Assembly (NCBI GenBank): GCA_964558645.1
Contig: CAZLEV010000006.1
Span: 124,263 to 188,262 of the forward strand
Direction: 5' to 3'
DNA length: 64,000 bases
Source of the DNA: an uncultured archaeon
GTDB lineage: Archaea; Asgardarchaeota; Thorarchaeia; Thorarchaeales; Thorarchaeaceae
Shown here one piece after another: positions 27,299 to 38,055 of this stretch. Made by a program: the position numbers and the translations under genes. A model generated the notes under the pieces. That model ran no database searches. It was given only the letters and a program-made list of their open reading frames with translations, and was not told where the DNA came from. Positions within the stretch are counted from its first letter, which is position 1; the number at the start of each line of letters is the position of its first letter.

Positions 27299-29242
27299 AT
27301 GAGTCAGCAGGAACTATCCTATGAAGATTTCTTCCCTTATTCCTCCAAGAGGGCTGGACAGGCAGACATGATGGATAGGATAGAGGACTGTGTACGTGCT
27401 GGAAGAAATATACTCTGCGAGGCGCCAAATGGATTCGGGAAGACATGCGCCACTTTGTGTGCTATTCTGCCGTGGACTCAGAAACATAGGGGGAAGATTC
27501 TCTATTGCGCACGAACACATAGACAACTGGACCGCGTTGTCGAAGAACTTGGGCAAATTGAGGAAATGAGAAATGTTTCGGGACTGTCATTCCGTGGACG
27601 AAGCCATATGTGCATCAACAAGTTCGTGCTTGATAATGCGGATATGGTGGTTTCGATCAGCGAGATGTGCCAACAACTGAAAGCAGATGGCAAATGTGCC
27701 TTCTATGAGAGAACCCGGAAACTTGGTGACCCGGAGAACCTTCTTGCAGAAATGCCGACGAAGATTCTGACTGCACCCGAAATAGCGAAGCTTGCAAGAA
27801 AACGAAGCTTATGTCCATACGAGCTGGCGAAAAGACTTGCAAGAGCTGTCGATGTGATAGCTCTTTCATACCTCTATGTATTTGATCCTTCCATTAGAGA
27901 AACCTTCATACCGGAGCTTGACTTTCCCATGTCTCGAGCAGTGCTTGTTCAAGATGAGGCTCACAATGTCCCATCCACTGCACTCGACTCAGCAAGTGAA
28001 AAGCTGACTCTGGGAACGATTCGCCAAGCAATGCGCGAAGGGCGCACCTACAACGATCAAGTTACCTATGACTTTTGCAGAGCTCTCGCGCAGTCTATCA
28101 TCGATATATCCGCGGGTATCTCGAATAACGATGAAATGATTGTGAACCCAGTTGGCATCTACGAGAAGGCAGTGGAGGAATCGGGAATTGGGGAAGCATC
28201 TCATCCGTTGACACATATGAACGAATTGGGCGCCAATATTAGGAAGAACCAACTTCGCCATAGTAAACCTCCAAAATCAGCAATATACCGTGTCGCTGAT
28301 TTCATGATAAACTGGCTGGACTATTCTGACAGAGATGACTATGCATTTGTTCTTTCATCTGAGCTTAGAAGAACTCAGAGTAGAAGAATTGCCCTAGAAA
28401 GAGTAGCACTTGACCCCACCGCGATTACTACTCCCCTGCTTCAATTCCTCCGTTGTTCTATTGCTGTATCGGGTACGGCATCTCCGCTCTCTGCTTACGC
28501 TGAAATGCTTGGATTTGGGAAAGCCTCTGCGCAGGTGTCCTTTCGTAGCCCATTTAGCGATCAAACGAGGGTTGGCGTCGTTGTCGAGGGGGTGGATACG
28601 TCCTATAACGCACGTTCTGATGAGATGTTCACAAGGATGGTTGAACATTGTGCTGTAGTAGTGGAAGCAACTCCCGGAAATACAGGGATTTTTACTACCA
28701 GTTACGGAATAGCTGCCGCCCTGCGGAAAGCAGGCCTGGAACGAAGAGTTTCAAAGAAGTTGTTCTTGGAAAAGCAGGGAGCTGCAGGAAAAGAGAATGA
28801 TAAGATGATTGAAGAATTCAAGCTCCAAGGACAGAGTGGTGGCGCCGTGCTTTTAGGAGTACAAGGGGGTAGGAACTCGGAGGGAGGAGACTTCCCCGGC
28901 CCCACAATGGAGAGTGTTGTGGTTGTGGGGGTTCCTTATGCTAGACCTACTCCACGTACTGAGGCTCTTATTTCCTACTATGACACACGTTTCAATGGCC
29001 GAGGGAGGGACTATGCATATGTTCTCCCTGCGATGACAAGAGCCATTCAGACTGCAGGGAGACCCGTTAGAAGACTTGACGATCGTGGAGTGATAGTCTT
29101 ACTGGATCAGAGGTTCAACACGCCCTATCTCAAGAGGTTCATGCCGCATTGGCTTGGAGAGATAGTTCATAGTATTCCGGATAGCCCAACAATGCTCTCT
29201 TCTGTAGTGACAGATTTCTTCAGAGGGGCACATGTGGAGTGA
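27299..29242 (+). CDS. xpd: XPD/Rad3-family Fe-S DNA helicase
   Basis: EAPNGFGKT, RTHRQ, four Cys incl. CPYE, DEAHN, GGRNSEG, QTAGRPVR. Confidence 0.95.
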   Translation: MSQQELSYEDFFPYSSKRAGQADMMDRIEDCVRAGRNILCEAPNGFGKTCATLCAILPWTQKHRGKILYCARTHRQLDRVVEELGQIEEMRNVSGLSFRGRSHMCINKFVLDNADMVVSISEMCQQLKADGKCAFYERTRKLGDPENLLAEMPTKILTAPEIAKLARKRSLCPYELAKRLARAVDVIALSYLYVFDPSIRETFIPELDFPMSRAVLVQDEAHNVPSTALDSASEKLTLGTIRQAMREGRTYNDQVTYDFCRALAQSIIDISAGISNNDEMIVNPVGIYEKAVEESGIGEASHPLTHMNELGANIRKNQLRHSKPPKSAIYRVADFMINWLDYSDRDDYAFVLSSELRRTQSRRIALERVALDPTAITTPLLQFLRCSIAVSGTASPLSAYAEMLGFGKASAQVSFRSPFSDQTRVGVVVEGVDTSYNARSDEMFTRMVEHCAVVVEATPGNTGIFTTSYGIAAALRKAGLERRVSKKLFLEKQGAAGKENDKMIEEFKLQGQSGGAVLLGVQGGRNSEGGDFPGPTMESVVVVGVPYARPTPRTEALISYYDTRFNGRGRDYAYVLPAMTRAIQTAGRPVRRLDDRGVIVLLDQRFNTPYLKRFMPHWLGEIVHSIPDSPTMLSSVVTDFFRGAHVE

Positions 29243-29996
29243 TAATCTCCTCTAGTGAGAGAGTGCCTGATAGCAGTTCTTCTGCTTCGCCCGTAGATAT
29301 CTCAACACATCCATTGGTTAGTCTGCTGACGAGCCGCTTGAGCGAACGGATATAGCCAGTTCTTGGTTCCAGCTGCAGACTCGCAGATGTAATCGACTCG
29401 CCAGGTCTAAGGGCGATGAGCATAGCCGATGATATATCCGCATCGGGGCCTTTGGTAATGGTGGTATGATGCTCGTCTACCAGTTCGATGTCAGTCGATG
29501 ATTTGGCAGCTAGTATCGGTCGAACAACAAGCACTCTATAGAGAGGGGATCCTGACCCTACTCGGACTAGAAAACGACACTCAGGATAGGTTTCCGAGAT
29601 GTAATTGTTCCAGCCAGATACGATATTTGCAGCCCTCAGAGGGGATCGAGTGACATGTGTCGATACCGCTATCTCATCCATATTCAGTGCAAGACCGTAT
29701 CTGAAACCGGGGTCAATGCCTGCAACGACCAACGATGGCGCGGAGATATCATTCAGACGCATAAGAATCTCGATTCGCACTTGTTCCTCATCTGGTATCT
29801 CTCCGAGTAGAACAAGACGCGGATCGGACAGATCTGGCGCTTCATCTTGAGTAGACAAGAGAACCTTGGTGAGAGTGCAGGCCTCATCATCCGGCGTACA
29901 GACTATGGAAGAGAGCTCAAGTTTCTTAAGAATCTCCAGAGTCAAATAGAGAGTCTTGGGTTTTTCCGTAGCAACAGCAATCTCTGGATGTGACAT
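29220..29996 (-). CDS. Hypothetical protein with RNase H-like (GIDPG) domain
   Basis: VAGIDPG..YGLA, VRVGSG, LVDEHHTT, DISSAMLIA. Confidence 0.75.
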   Translation of the reverse strand: MSHPEIAVATEKPKTLYLTLEILKKLELSSIVCTPDDEACTLTKVLLSTQDEAPDLSDPRLVLLGEIPDEEQVRIEILMRLNDISAPSLVVAGIDPGFRYGLALNMDEIAVSTHVTRSPLRAANIVSGWNNYISETYPECRFLVRVGSGSPLYRVLVVRPILAAKSSTDIELVDEHHTTITKGPDADISSAMLIALRPGESITSASLQLEPRTGYIRSLKRLVSRLTNGCVEISTGEAEELLSGTLSLEEIITPHVPL

Positions 29997-30042
29997 GCTC
30001 TATTTGTCCTCTCTTGAGCTAACCTTATCACTCTGATGATAT

Positions 30043-30756
30043 ATGCCGCTTGTGGTGATATTATCCTTGACTCTTCCGTCGAGAATCTCAAGACTTGATT
30101 TGATGCTCGGGGGTGGAATTCGTACAGGTGATATCACACATGTCTACGGAATGGCAGGTTCGGGAAAGACAACTCTAGCACTTGAATTCGTCATGTCAGC
30201 TGTTCGAATGGGCTATCACACAATATACGTGAACTCGGAGGGGTCTTCGCCAATTGAGAGAATAGAACAGATGTCTGGAAGTCCCTACCAGGAGCTTGTG
30301 GACTCCATCAACATCATTGTGCCCAAGAACTTCGGAGAACAAGGAGAAATCATCGAGGATCTCAATCTATATGCCCCAAAGACTACACGTCTTATCGTGG
30401 TTGATACTCTGACACGGTTGTACAGGGCCTCATTGGATGACAAAAAGACAAATTACGCCGCGCATAGAGAACTGAACAGACAGGCAGGTTTGCTGAAAGG
30501 GATTGCTAGGCAAAGGGATATTGCAGTCTTGGTTTTGAATCAAGTCAGAGCAAAACTAGATGGTTCTGATGATTTCGAGCCTGTGGCAAGAAATATCATG
30601 GAATACTGGTCAGACGTGACATTGAAAGTGTTGATTGGAAAAACAGACGCTGAGAGACTGATAAAGAGAACCGACTTCCCATCAGATAGACTCTGTATAA
30701 GAGTCACAATTCAAAATCAAGGATTGGTCGGCGAAGATAACACACAGCAAGAGTGA
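30043..30756 (+). CDS. radB: DNA repair protein RadB
   Basis: LDLMLGGG, GMAGSGKT, LIVVDT, VLNQV; lacks the RadA N-terminal domain; start may be TTG 30067. Confidence 0.88.
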   Translation: MPLVVILSLTLPSRISRLDLMLGGGIRTGDITHVYGMAGSGKTTLALEFVMSAVRMGYHTIYVNSEGSSPIERIEQMSGSPYQELVDSINIIVPKNFGEQGEIIEDLNLYAPKTTRLIVVDTLTRLYRASLDDKKTNYAAHRELNRQAGLLKGIARQRDIAVLVLNQVRAKLDGSDDFEPVARNIMEYWSDVTLKVLIGKTDAERLIKRTDFPSDRLCIRVTIQNQGLVGEDNTQQE

Positions 30757-30795
30757 AAAACACAGAATCAGGAAACGGAAAGGGAGCGCCACTAG

Positions 30796-31356
30796 ATGTA
30801 CGAGGAGATAGTAATCATCGAGCTAGCATTGTGGCTCGGCTTACCTGCTTGGATAGCCAATTCTACCCCCGTAGTCTTTGGGGGTGGTGCTCCCATTGAT
30901 AGAGGAAAGACACTCAGTGACGGAAGACGAATACTGGGGGATGGAAAGACCCTTCGCGGGTTCATCGCAGGGGTTCTGTGTGGAACTCTTACGGGGATAG
31001 TACAGATCTCCATCGCACCACTTCTCTTGCCGATACTTTCCAACTATGTGGTTGTCACGGTAGTCATGGAGGAGATTCTCCTCATGTCAGTGCCTGTTGT
31101 TATGTTACTCTCAGTGGGGGCCCTTCTTGGGGACATGATAGGGTCGTTTCTCAAGAGAAGAGTTGGACTTCAAAGCGGAGGCCCTGCACCTGTACTAGAT
31201 CAGCTTGGGTTTATCATTGCAGCACTTGCATTAGCCTCTCCACTCATACAACCTAGTGCCATTTACGTCATTGTACTCGTTTCCGTGACCCTACTAGCAC
31301 ACTGGATAACCAATGTACTGGGATACCTTTTGGGACTGAAAGAGAACCCTTGGTGA
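30796..31356 (+). CDS. carS: CDP-archaeol synthase
   Basis: PAWIANSTP, PID.GK, LGDGKTLRG, GDMIGSFLKRR, DQL, LKENPW. Confidence 0.95.
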   Translation: MYEEIVIIELALWLGLPAWIANSTPVVFGGGAPIDRGKTLSDGRRILGDGKTLRGFIAGVLCGTLTGIVQISIAPLLLPILSNYVVVTVVMEEILLMSVPVVMLLSVGALLGDMIGSFLKRRVGLQSGGPAPVLDQLGFIIAALALASPLIQPSAIYVIVLVSVTLLAHWITNVLGYLLGLKENPW

Positions 31357-31521
31357 GAAGAGCACCTGAAAGAAGCATACAGATGTGTAGGTAAGCCCAA
31401 GGATAGATTAAAAAGGTCGGCGAGTGTCCTTATCACATTCTGTTGTGTCGGCTAAGACCAAAGTATCCCAGCAGAGTCTAATCGACCCACTAAATTTCTC
31501 AGTACCGGAGTCGCTTCAACA

Positions 31522-32373
31522 ATGAAGGTATCAGATTGCATGCAGTCAGACATAGTCTATGTGTCCGTTCCTGGCACGAGAGAAGACGTTCTGCAGATTA
31601 TGGCAGAACAAGAAATCATGGGCTTGCCAGTAGTAAAGAAGGGAACCAAGAAACTCGTAGGAATTGTGACCAGGACTGACCTATTGAAGAAGGCAGATGA
31701 GAATCAACTGGCTATGTTGATGGTGCGAGACCCAAAGACCGTCACCCCAAGATCGGAAATCAAGACAGCCGCAAAGATAATGTTAGAGAACGACTTCCGC
31801 AGACTTCCAGTTGTTGACAATGACGAATTGGTTGGGCTCATCACTATAGCCGATATTTTGAGTGCGGTATTGGTAGGCAACGATAAATTTGAGCAGATGG
31901 ATGTACGCAATTTCGTGAAGAAACAAGTGAATGCGGTCTGGGAAGAAACCCCCCTGCCGCTTTCGTATCTCATTATGGAAATGGCAGATGTTACAAGTTT
32001 AGTGGTACTGAATGCTGCTGGCGGAATCACAGGGATGATTTCTGTTAGCGATTTCGTGCGGCTATCTGAAGTGACCATAGAAGACAATATCTCGAAGACC
32101 TATAGCGGCTCTGATAGCGCGGCGGACTGGGGTTGGACGTCAAAGGACTTCTTAGTTGTAACTAAGAAACTACTGAAACTGCCGAATGTGTCCATAGAAG
32201 CCATTATGACCAAGAACATAATAACAGTGAGTGAGGTCACAACTGTTTCGGAATGTGTTCAGATACTTAGAAAGAATAACATTGACCAAGCACCCGCTAT
32301 TTCAGCCACGGGTAACCTCATTGGTATGATTGAAGACAGAAGTCTGCTGCAGCTAGCGCTGGAGCATTCTTGA
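31522..32373 (+). CDS. CBS-domain protein (4 CBS)
   Basis: Repeated LPVV...LVGI[VI]T motifs. Confidence 0.9.
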   Translation: MKVSDCMQSDIVYVSVPGTREDVLQIMAEQEIMGLPVVKKGTKKLVGIVTRTDLLKKADENQLAMLMVRDPKTVTPRSEIKTAAKIMLENDFRRLPVVDNDELVGLITIADILSAVLVGNDKFEQMDVRNFVKKQVNAVWEETPLPLSYLIMEMADVTSLVVLNAAGGITGMISVSDFVRLSEVTIEDNISKTYSGSDSAADWGWTSKDFLVVTKKLLKLPNVSIEAIMTKNIITVSEVTTVSECVQILRKNNIDQAPAISATGNLIGMIEDRSLLQLALEHS

Positions 32374-35300
32374 TCAATTGAGGAAATCTTCAATGCATGT
32401 CTGTTCTGAAATGAAGAGAGAGTCCAAAGCTGACTGTATCAGGCGCAACCTCTGCCCAAGATAACCGCCAAGTCTATTATCAGCAATAATCTTCTTTGAT
32501 ATTTCAAGGTACTTCGAGATGTTCTTCTGACCAACCGTCAGAGAGAGTGGAGAGCCACATTCACAAACACCAGATAACGGAATTCTTCTGTATACACGAT
32601 TACACCTTCGGCATTGAATCTTCTGGGTAGAATATGCGCGAAGATTACCACGGATATCGCGAATGAAATGATGGGAGATGACTCGTTCGGCCACATCTTC
32701 TTCATCTACTGCAGCAATCAGCTTCGCAAGCTTCAGCTGTGCCTCAAGCTTCTCAATCATGCTACCCAGAGTCTTATAGCGCGAGTTCTTGGGTCCAAGG
32801 TCAAAGGAACTTGTTCCGTGGGTGAACTGAAAACCCTCATACTGTGCTTCTGAGTCCAAACGGTTGGCAACAATATCTACAAGCGATTCCACCTCTCGAG
32901 GATGCTTTGCCTTTGAAACATGCCGATAGAATTCTGCAGGATATCGGCTACAAACCTCCATGTTATGACTCTCATCATCGACTTCTTCCGGGTTCAGAAT
33001 CACAGACAACACTAGAGGGGCATCCATGAATCCTCCACGTCCAGCAGGGAGATATGCCTTTGAGAAGTTGATGAGGGCATCCATCACGAGTATCAAGGCG
33101 TCTTCATCACCATCACAGTTGCGTCTCTTTGCAGCATGCCAGTATGGGTGTGCGTAGCAAACACTAGCGTTGGTGAATCCAATAATCCGACCAATGATTC
33201 CTGCAGAAGTGTGTGGAGCAAGTCCAATGACCAGTGCACCAAGGATATCTTCTTGATTCTTGAACTCGTAGTACCGATCCAGTCCATAAATCTTCTCCAG
33301 ACAGTCATCTATGAAAAGAGCGACCCGTACCATGTAGTCTGCACACTTTTCGGGTACTATGAGATCTTGCACCTTCAGTTCGACTACTTGCTCCTCAGAG
33401 GTTAACTTTTCACCATTGATATCTATGCTGTATCCCAGATCACTCAGTTTGGAAACCGAAACACCAGTCTCCCTAGGTATGAAGTGAGTAAGGGGAGCGT
33501 CTGTTGCATCAAATCGAGCAGTACCGTCCCGGTAGCAGTACACGTCATGCTTCGCCCTTAAAATCCCCTTTCCTAAGTATTCTGGGATTTTGTAGTCATT
33601 GGTGAGCCCAAGCACACCCTTGACGCCGTATGTCTGGTGCTCTCCAAGGTCTTCTTTAACGCGTTCAATGAGTGAGCTAAGATATAGAGGTAATGGAGTC
33701 CACTTTGTTGCTCTTATTAGATTTATATCATGATTGCGGGAACAGCGACCTGTATTTTCGTCAATGGTTTCACCGCAGCCTTCATGGGAACACCATCTTC
33801 GGATTAGAGTATGGATTCCGCATCGATAGCATCTAGACTCGAAGGTTTCTTCCCCACAACTTGGGCAGACTCTAGAAACCAATTCAACATCAAAACCAGA
33901 TTTGCGATGCACCGGTGGATTCACTTCATAGAGAGTTGTCTGATTCCGGGAGGGGTCGTTCTCTCTTGCAACCTTCTCGATTTCCCGTTCAGTCCCCAAT
34001 GCACGACCAACGGGGAAAAGTGCTTGAACTGCCGGACGCATCTTTCGGGCTTCAGCTTTCTCAGGACGACCCATCCGGGCACCTATAGAGAACCCGAGTT
34101 TGTCACGGATCTCAACAGTGGAATGGGAATTGATGAATTCAACCACCGGTCTGTTCGAGGGAGGAGAGTTCCTATCACCTATCTGAGCTTGGACTGTAAC
34201 AGGATGATCGAGCAGTTCCATATGTCGTCCTCTATCCCGCAACGTATGAGAAACACCGAGGCGCTCTAAGTACTCTTTATGTTGAATACTGGCTGGCAAT
34301 ACTATCCGTTCCAGACCTTCAACCTTGACGGTGTTTCCCTCATCCAAGATCCAGTTACGGAGTTCTGCGGCCTCCTCTGTGGACAATACTCTCCATCTGT
34401 AAACATAGCGTGGATGAAGAGGCACTTCAAGGATATCAGAAGTAACAACGGCCTCCTCAGGAGATGGTATTTCACCGAGTGGAGATTGAATCCAAGACTC
34501 AAGTCGGTCATAGTCAATCCCTATCTCTTCCAGTGCCTTTTCAAGGGCCTTCTTTGTTTTCTTGCTGCAGGCCTCCTCCAAGTCATGAGACCACCACTCC
34601 TCGCAATACCCTGCGGGCACCAAAGGATGATTATTCTCCAGAAACTCTCCAAGGGCAACCAAGATGTCTCCCAGAAAGATAATTCGTTCGAGACTCTCGC
34701 CTATCGTTCTTGCCTCTTCAACATCACTAACTTGTTTGACTGTGCCATCTCTTAGAAGCACAACCGGGCCCTCAATAGTATCTACAGGTGCGACAATCGA
34801 TCCTTTTCCAGGGCGTTCTGTCCGAATGTGAGTTCCGGGTGCCAGAAACTCGTCAACCATATACATGGTCGCAGGGTGAATGCCTACTCCCGCCAATCCC
34901 GTGTTTCTGGATCGTCCATATCGTAGACGAAAACCCCCGTTTCGAGAGGGGTGGGAGAAGACAGGGCGACCACCAATGACGTCTGCTAAGTAATCCTCCT
35001 TGGGAGAGAGCGGACTCTTTTGTGACTTCTTCTTAGATGAGTCAGACTTAGACATCTTTCTTGCTATCTCTTGGAGCCAGTCCCAGCCCGGCATTTCTAG
35101 TCTATTGACAATCTTCGCAAGCTTGGCAGCCCTACCGACCACTCCATCATTCAACACAAGAACCGATCCACCTCTGACACGATTCGTCTCTATTCGTTCC
35201 AAATCCCGACTCCCTGATACCTCAAACTCTTCAGTGGGTTCGCCTGTTAGCATTATGGGTAGGTTAGAGGCAGCAAACCGTATCAATTCGGGGTGCACAG

Positions 35301-35916
35301 GATACTGAAGGTGCACATTTCGTGCATAGAGTTCCACCTCCTCGAGAGCACGTTCAACCTCGTCGTCGGTCGGTAAAAGAGGGGGTAGACCCAAAACTTG
35401 CCGAACGTAGTCAGCAACAAGGACTGTCACTGCAGCCTCCGTACCCCCGGCAGCTCTGATTGGTCCTGCGAGGTAGAGTGCAAGATACTTGGAATCGCCT
35501 GATCCACGGATTCGTACTTTGGAAATTCCCTCCAAGGGGGCAGCCGTTATGCTCTCAGTGAGTATTGCTAGAGCAACGCGGACGGCTTTGTCTGCTGCTT
35601 TCTCTGAATCTTCAAATTCGCCCAGTGACTTCTCAGCTATCTCTCGGGCGATTGTGAATGCAACTTCTTCCCTTGACATGGTCTTCTGGAGCTCACGAAT
35701 GCGCCTTGCCACCCCAACTGGCCCTTCAAGAGTTGCTTCTACCCTAGCAGCAACATCGTGTGCTGGGGGAATCTCCACCCTCAGTTCCGGATCGTAGCCC
35801 TTAGCTCTTGCTGTCTCTGCAACAGCATATATCGCCTCAACTTCCTCATTCAGTGTATCGAAGTATTTACCATAACCGATACTGTGCTTCGGTAGGGGGA
35901 GATCCTTTTCTGACAC
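32374..35916 (-). CDS. polC: DNA polymerase II (PolD) large subunit DP2
   Basis: AGPIRAAGGT, GGFRLRYGRSRNTG, RMGRPEK, AKRRNCDGDED, terminal PIP-like QTCIEDF; start probably GTG 35916. Confidence 0.97.
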   Translation of the reverse strand: MSEKDLPLPKHSIGYGKYFDTLNEEVEAIYAVAETARAKGYDPELRVEIPPAHDVAARVEATLEGPVGVARRIRELQKTMSREEVAFTIAREIAEKSLGEFEDSEKAADKAVRVALAILTESITAAPLEGISKVRIRGSGDSKYLALYLAGPIRAAGGTEAAVTVLVADYVRQVLGLPPLLPTDDEVERALEEVELYARNVHLQYPVHPELIRFAASNLPIMLTGEPTEEFEVSGSRDLERIETNRVRGGSVLVLNDGVVGRAAKLAKIVNRLEMPGWDWLQEIARKMSKSDSSKKKSQKSPLSPKEDYLADVIGGRPVFSHPSRNGGFRLRYGRSRNTGLAGVGIHPATMYMVDEFLAPGTHIRTERPGKGSIVAPVDTIEGPVVLLRDGTVKQVSDVEEARTIGESLERIIFLGDILVALGEFLENNHPLVPAGYCEEWWSHDLEEACSKKTKKALEKALEEIGIDYDRLESWIQSPLGEIPSPEEAVVTSDILEVPLHPRYVYRWRVLSTEEAAELRNWILDEGNTVKVEGLERIVLPASIQHKEYLERLGVSHTLRDRGRHMELLDHPVTVQAQIGDRNSPPSNRPVVEFINSHSTVEIRDKLGFSIGARMGRPEKAEARKMRPAVQALFPVGRALGTEREIEKVARENDPSRNQTTLYEVNPPVHRKSGFDVELVSRVCPSCGEETFESRCYRCGIHTLIRRWCSHEGCGETIDENTGRCSRNHDINLIRATKWTPLPLYLSSLIERVKEDLGEHQTYGVKGVLGLTNDYKIPEYLGKGILRAKHDVYCYRDGTARFDATDAPLTHFIPRETGVSVSKLSDLGYSIDINGEKLTSEEQVVELKVQDLIVPEKCADYMVRVALFIDDCLEKIYGLDRYYEFKNQEDILGALVIGLAPHTSAGIIGRIIGFTNASVCYAHPYWHAAKRRNCDGDEDALILVMDALINFSKAYLPAGRGGFMDAPLVLSVILNPEEVDDESHNMEVCSRYPAEFYRHVSKAKHPREVESLVDIVANRLDSEAQYEGFQFTHGTSSFDLGPKNSRYKTLGSMIEKLEAQLKLAKLIAAVDEEDVAERVISHHFIRDIRGNLRAYSTQKIQCRRCNRVYRRIPLSGVCECGSPLSLTVGQKNISKYLEISKKIIADNRLGGYLGQRLRLIQSALDSLFISEQTCIEDFLN

Positions 35917-36067
35917 CGTTAACCACTCAAATACCAGGAGGCTCTTTCTTTTGGTTTTGCTGAAACTCAACATTCGTCCCGGGAGCTCGGACATGACGAG
36001 CAGTGAGCTTTAAAGCCTAACTGAGAACACAACAAATTGAAACCACCATCACGAGGAAGATAGAGAG

Positions 36068-37840
36068 ATGCTAACATTAGAAGAAACGATTCAGCTCATT
36101 CTAGAGAACTCTCCTGAATATGAGAGAAAGGATATCATGAAGATGGTTGAAGAGAAGAGACAAGAGCTGGGTCCTGAGGTTGTCAACGAGGAGTCTGCCG
36201 CCATGATAGTAGCTCGCGAGCTTGGGGTTGACCTCCAACAGGTTTCTGCTAGGGCGCGGATGAAGATTGAGGACATAACCGAATCAACAAGAAGCGTAGC
36301 TTTGACTGCGAAAGTGGTTGGCGTAAGTGGTGTTCGAACTTTCTCAAGGTCTGATGGCGGAGAGGGCAAAGTGGCAAGCATTACGATTGCAGATAGTACC
36401 GGAAGGATGAGAGTGGCCCTGTGGGATGAAATGACCGGAGCTGTTTCTGATGAGGTTGTTTCGGTTGGGAGTGTTGTTCAGATTCGAAATGCATACGTCA
36501 AGAAGGGGCTGAGAGATTCGCTTGAACTTAACCTTGGAAGAATGGGCAATTTGCGAGTGTTGGAGGACTACGAGCTAGACGATCTGGACATAGAAATTTC
36601 TGAGGGAGAGATGACAAGCATCTCAGATCTTGAAGAGAATATGTATGATATCAGTATCAGGTTTCAGGTTCAACGAGCATTTCCACTCAGTACATTCACA
36701 CGGAAATCTGATGGTAGCGAAGGTAAAGTTCTGAGTGTGATTGGTGCTGACGAAACCGGGAGTACAAGAGTCACGTTTTGGGATGGCCATGCAGAACAGA
36801 TGAAAGACGTTAGAGAAGGGGAGGGCATTCATCTTTCCGGCGCCTACACAAGGGCTGGAAGGTATGGAGATGTTGAAGTTCATTCCGGTAGGTCGGCGAT
36901 AATCAAGAGAAACATCGATGAAGAGATTGATGCAGTTGAAGTTCAGGATTTCGGAGCGACAACCAGTGAGCCCTTGGGCCGAAAGAATATCGAGGATCTG
37001 ACGGTTGAAATGCGTGATGTCGATATTGAAGGGAAGATTATCAGAATCTTCCCGCCAAATGAATTCGAAAAGGATGGCAGCAAAGGACGCGTTCAAAATC
37101 TAATGGTTGCAGATAGCACTGGTACAACTAGGATGACTTTCTGGAATGAAGACGTTGATAAGATAACAGATCTGAAGGAGGGAGAGGTAGTCCGTGTTCG
37201 CCATGGTTATGTCCGAGAGGGTTACCGTGGAGGTGTTGAATTCCATGCCGGACGAAGAAGCGAGATAGAGGTGAATCCTAAAGATTCCACACTGCAAGAC
37301 CTCGATCTATCGGACGTTTCGGTCAGACCGACTACGAGGGCAAATCGAACCATGATCGGTAATATCGATGAAACCATGGTCCAGAAGAATGTCGAGATCT
37401 ATGGCAATATCGTAAAGGTCTTTGAGAGTCGACCCGTTTATCCTGCCTGTCCTGATTGTCGTAAGAAGGTCGAAGTAGTGGAGGGAGGGCATAGATGTGA
37501 TGTTCATGGTGACATTAAGGATGTGGAATATAGGACGTTGTTTAAAGTAGTTCTAGACGATGAAACCGGTTCAATTACTGTCACCCTCTTTGGAGAGGCA
37601 GGGGAGAAACTGCTTGATATGTCTGCAGACGAGGCCCAGAAGCTTATTGAGAAGACGGGTAATGTCAGCGAACCGATTGACTTAGCCTGGCCGAAGATTC
37701 AAGGACAGGACGTAGTAATCCAGGGGAGGGTATCGATGTTCCGAAAGTCCCTCGATATCACGGCGAGTTCTTTGGAGTTTCCAGATTATCTACAGGAGAT
37801 ATCTCGACAGAAAGACGAGATTGAGAAACTCATCAGCTAG
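36068..37840 (+). CDS. rpa: Replication protein A large subunit (multiple OB folds + Zn finger)
   Basis: Repeated F.R.DG.EGKV...D.TG..R..[LF]W OB motifs; YPACPDCRKK...CDVHG. Confidence 0.93.
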   Translation: MLTLEETIQLILENSPEYERKDIMKMVEEKRQELGPEVVNEESAAMIVARELGVDLQQVSARARMKIEDITESTRSVALTAKVVGVSGVRTFSRSDGGEGKVASITIADSTGRMRVALWDEMTGAVSDEVVSVGSVVQIRNAYVKKGLRDSLELNLGRMGNLRVLEDYELDDLDIEISEGEMTSISDLEENMYDISIRFQVQRAFPLSTFTRKSDGSEGKVLSVIGADETGSTRVTFWDGHAEQMKDVREGEGIHLSGAYTRAGRYGDVEVHSGRSAIIKRNIDEEIDAVEVQDFGATTSEPLGRKNIEDLTVEMRDVDIEGKIIRIFPPNEFEKDGSKGRVQNLMVADSTGTTRMTFWNEDVDKITDLKEGEVVRVRHGYVREGYRGGVEFHAGRRSEIEVNPKDSTLQDLDLSDVSVRPTTRANRTMIGNIDETMVQKNVEIYGNIVKVFESRPVYPACPDCRKKVEVVEGGHRCDVHGDIKDVEYRTLFKVVLDDETGSITVTLFGEAGEKLLDMSADEAQKLIEKTGNVSEPIDLAWPKIQGQDVVIQGRVSMFRKSLDITASSLEFPDYLQEISRQKDEIEKLIS

Positions 37841-38055
37841 AGAGGCACATATCAGGGTACACCAACATCTATAGCAAACTTGGATAGAGTTAGACATGTA
37901 GTAGATGAAAGTTTGCACAATGAGGGGCCTTCAGTGCGGAGGTCAAAAATTCTGTTCCTGAACGCTCATCCGGATGTCAAGGAGTTCAATCCACTGCCGT
38001 TTCTAGGAGGACAACTCTCCTGTGTCTAAGATTGTCCAACCTACAATTAACGGCT

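Noticed and set aside
32374-35916. Intein in DP2
   Set aside because: The usual insertion region (AKRRNCDGDED) is uninterrupted and the length is normal.
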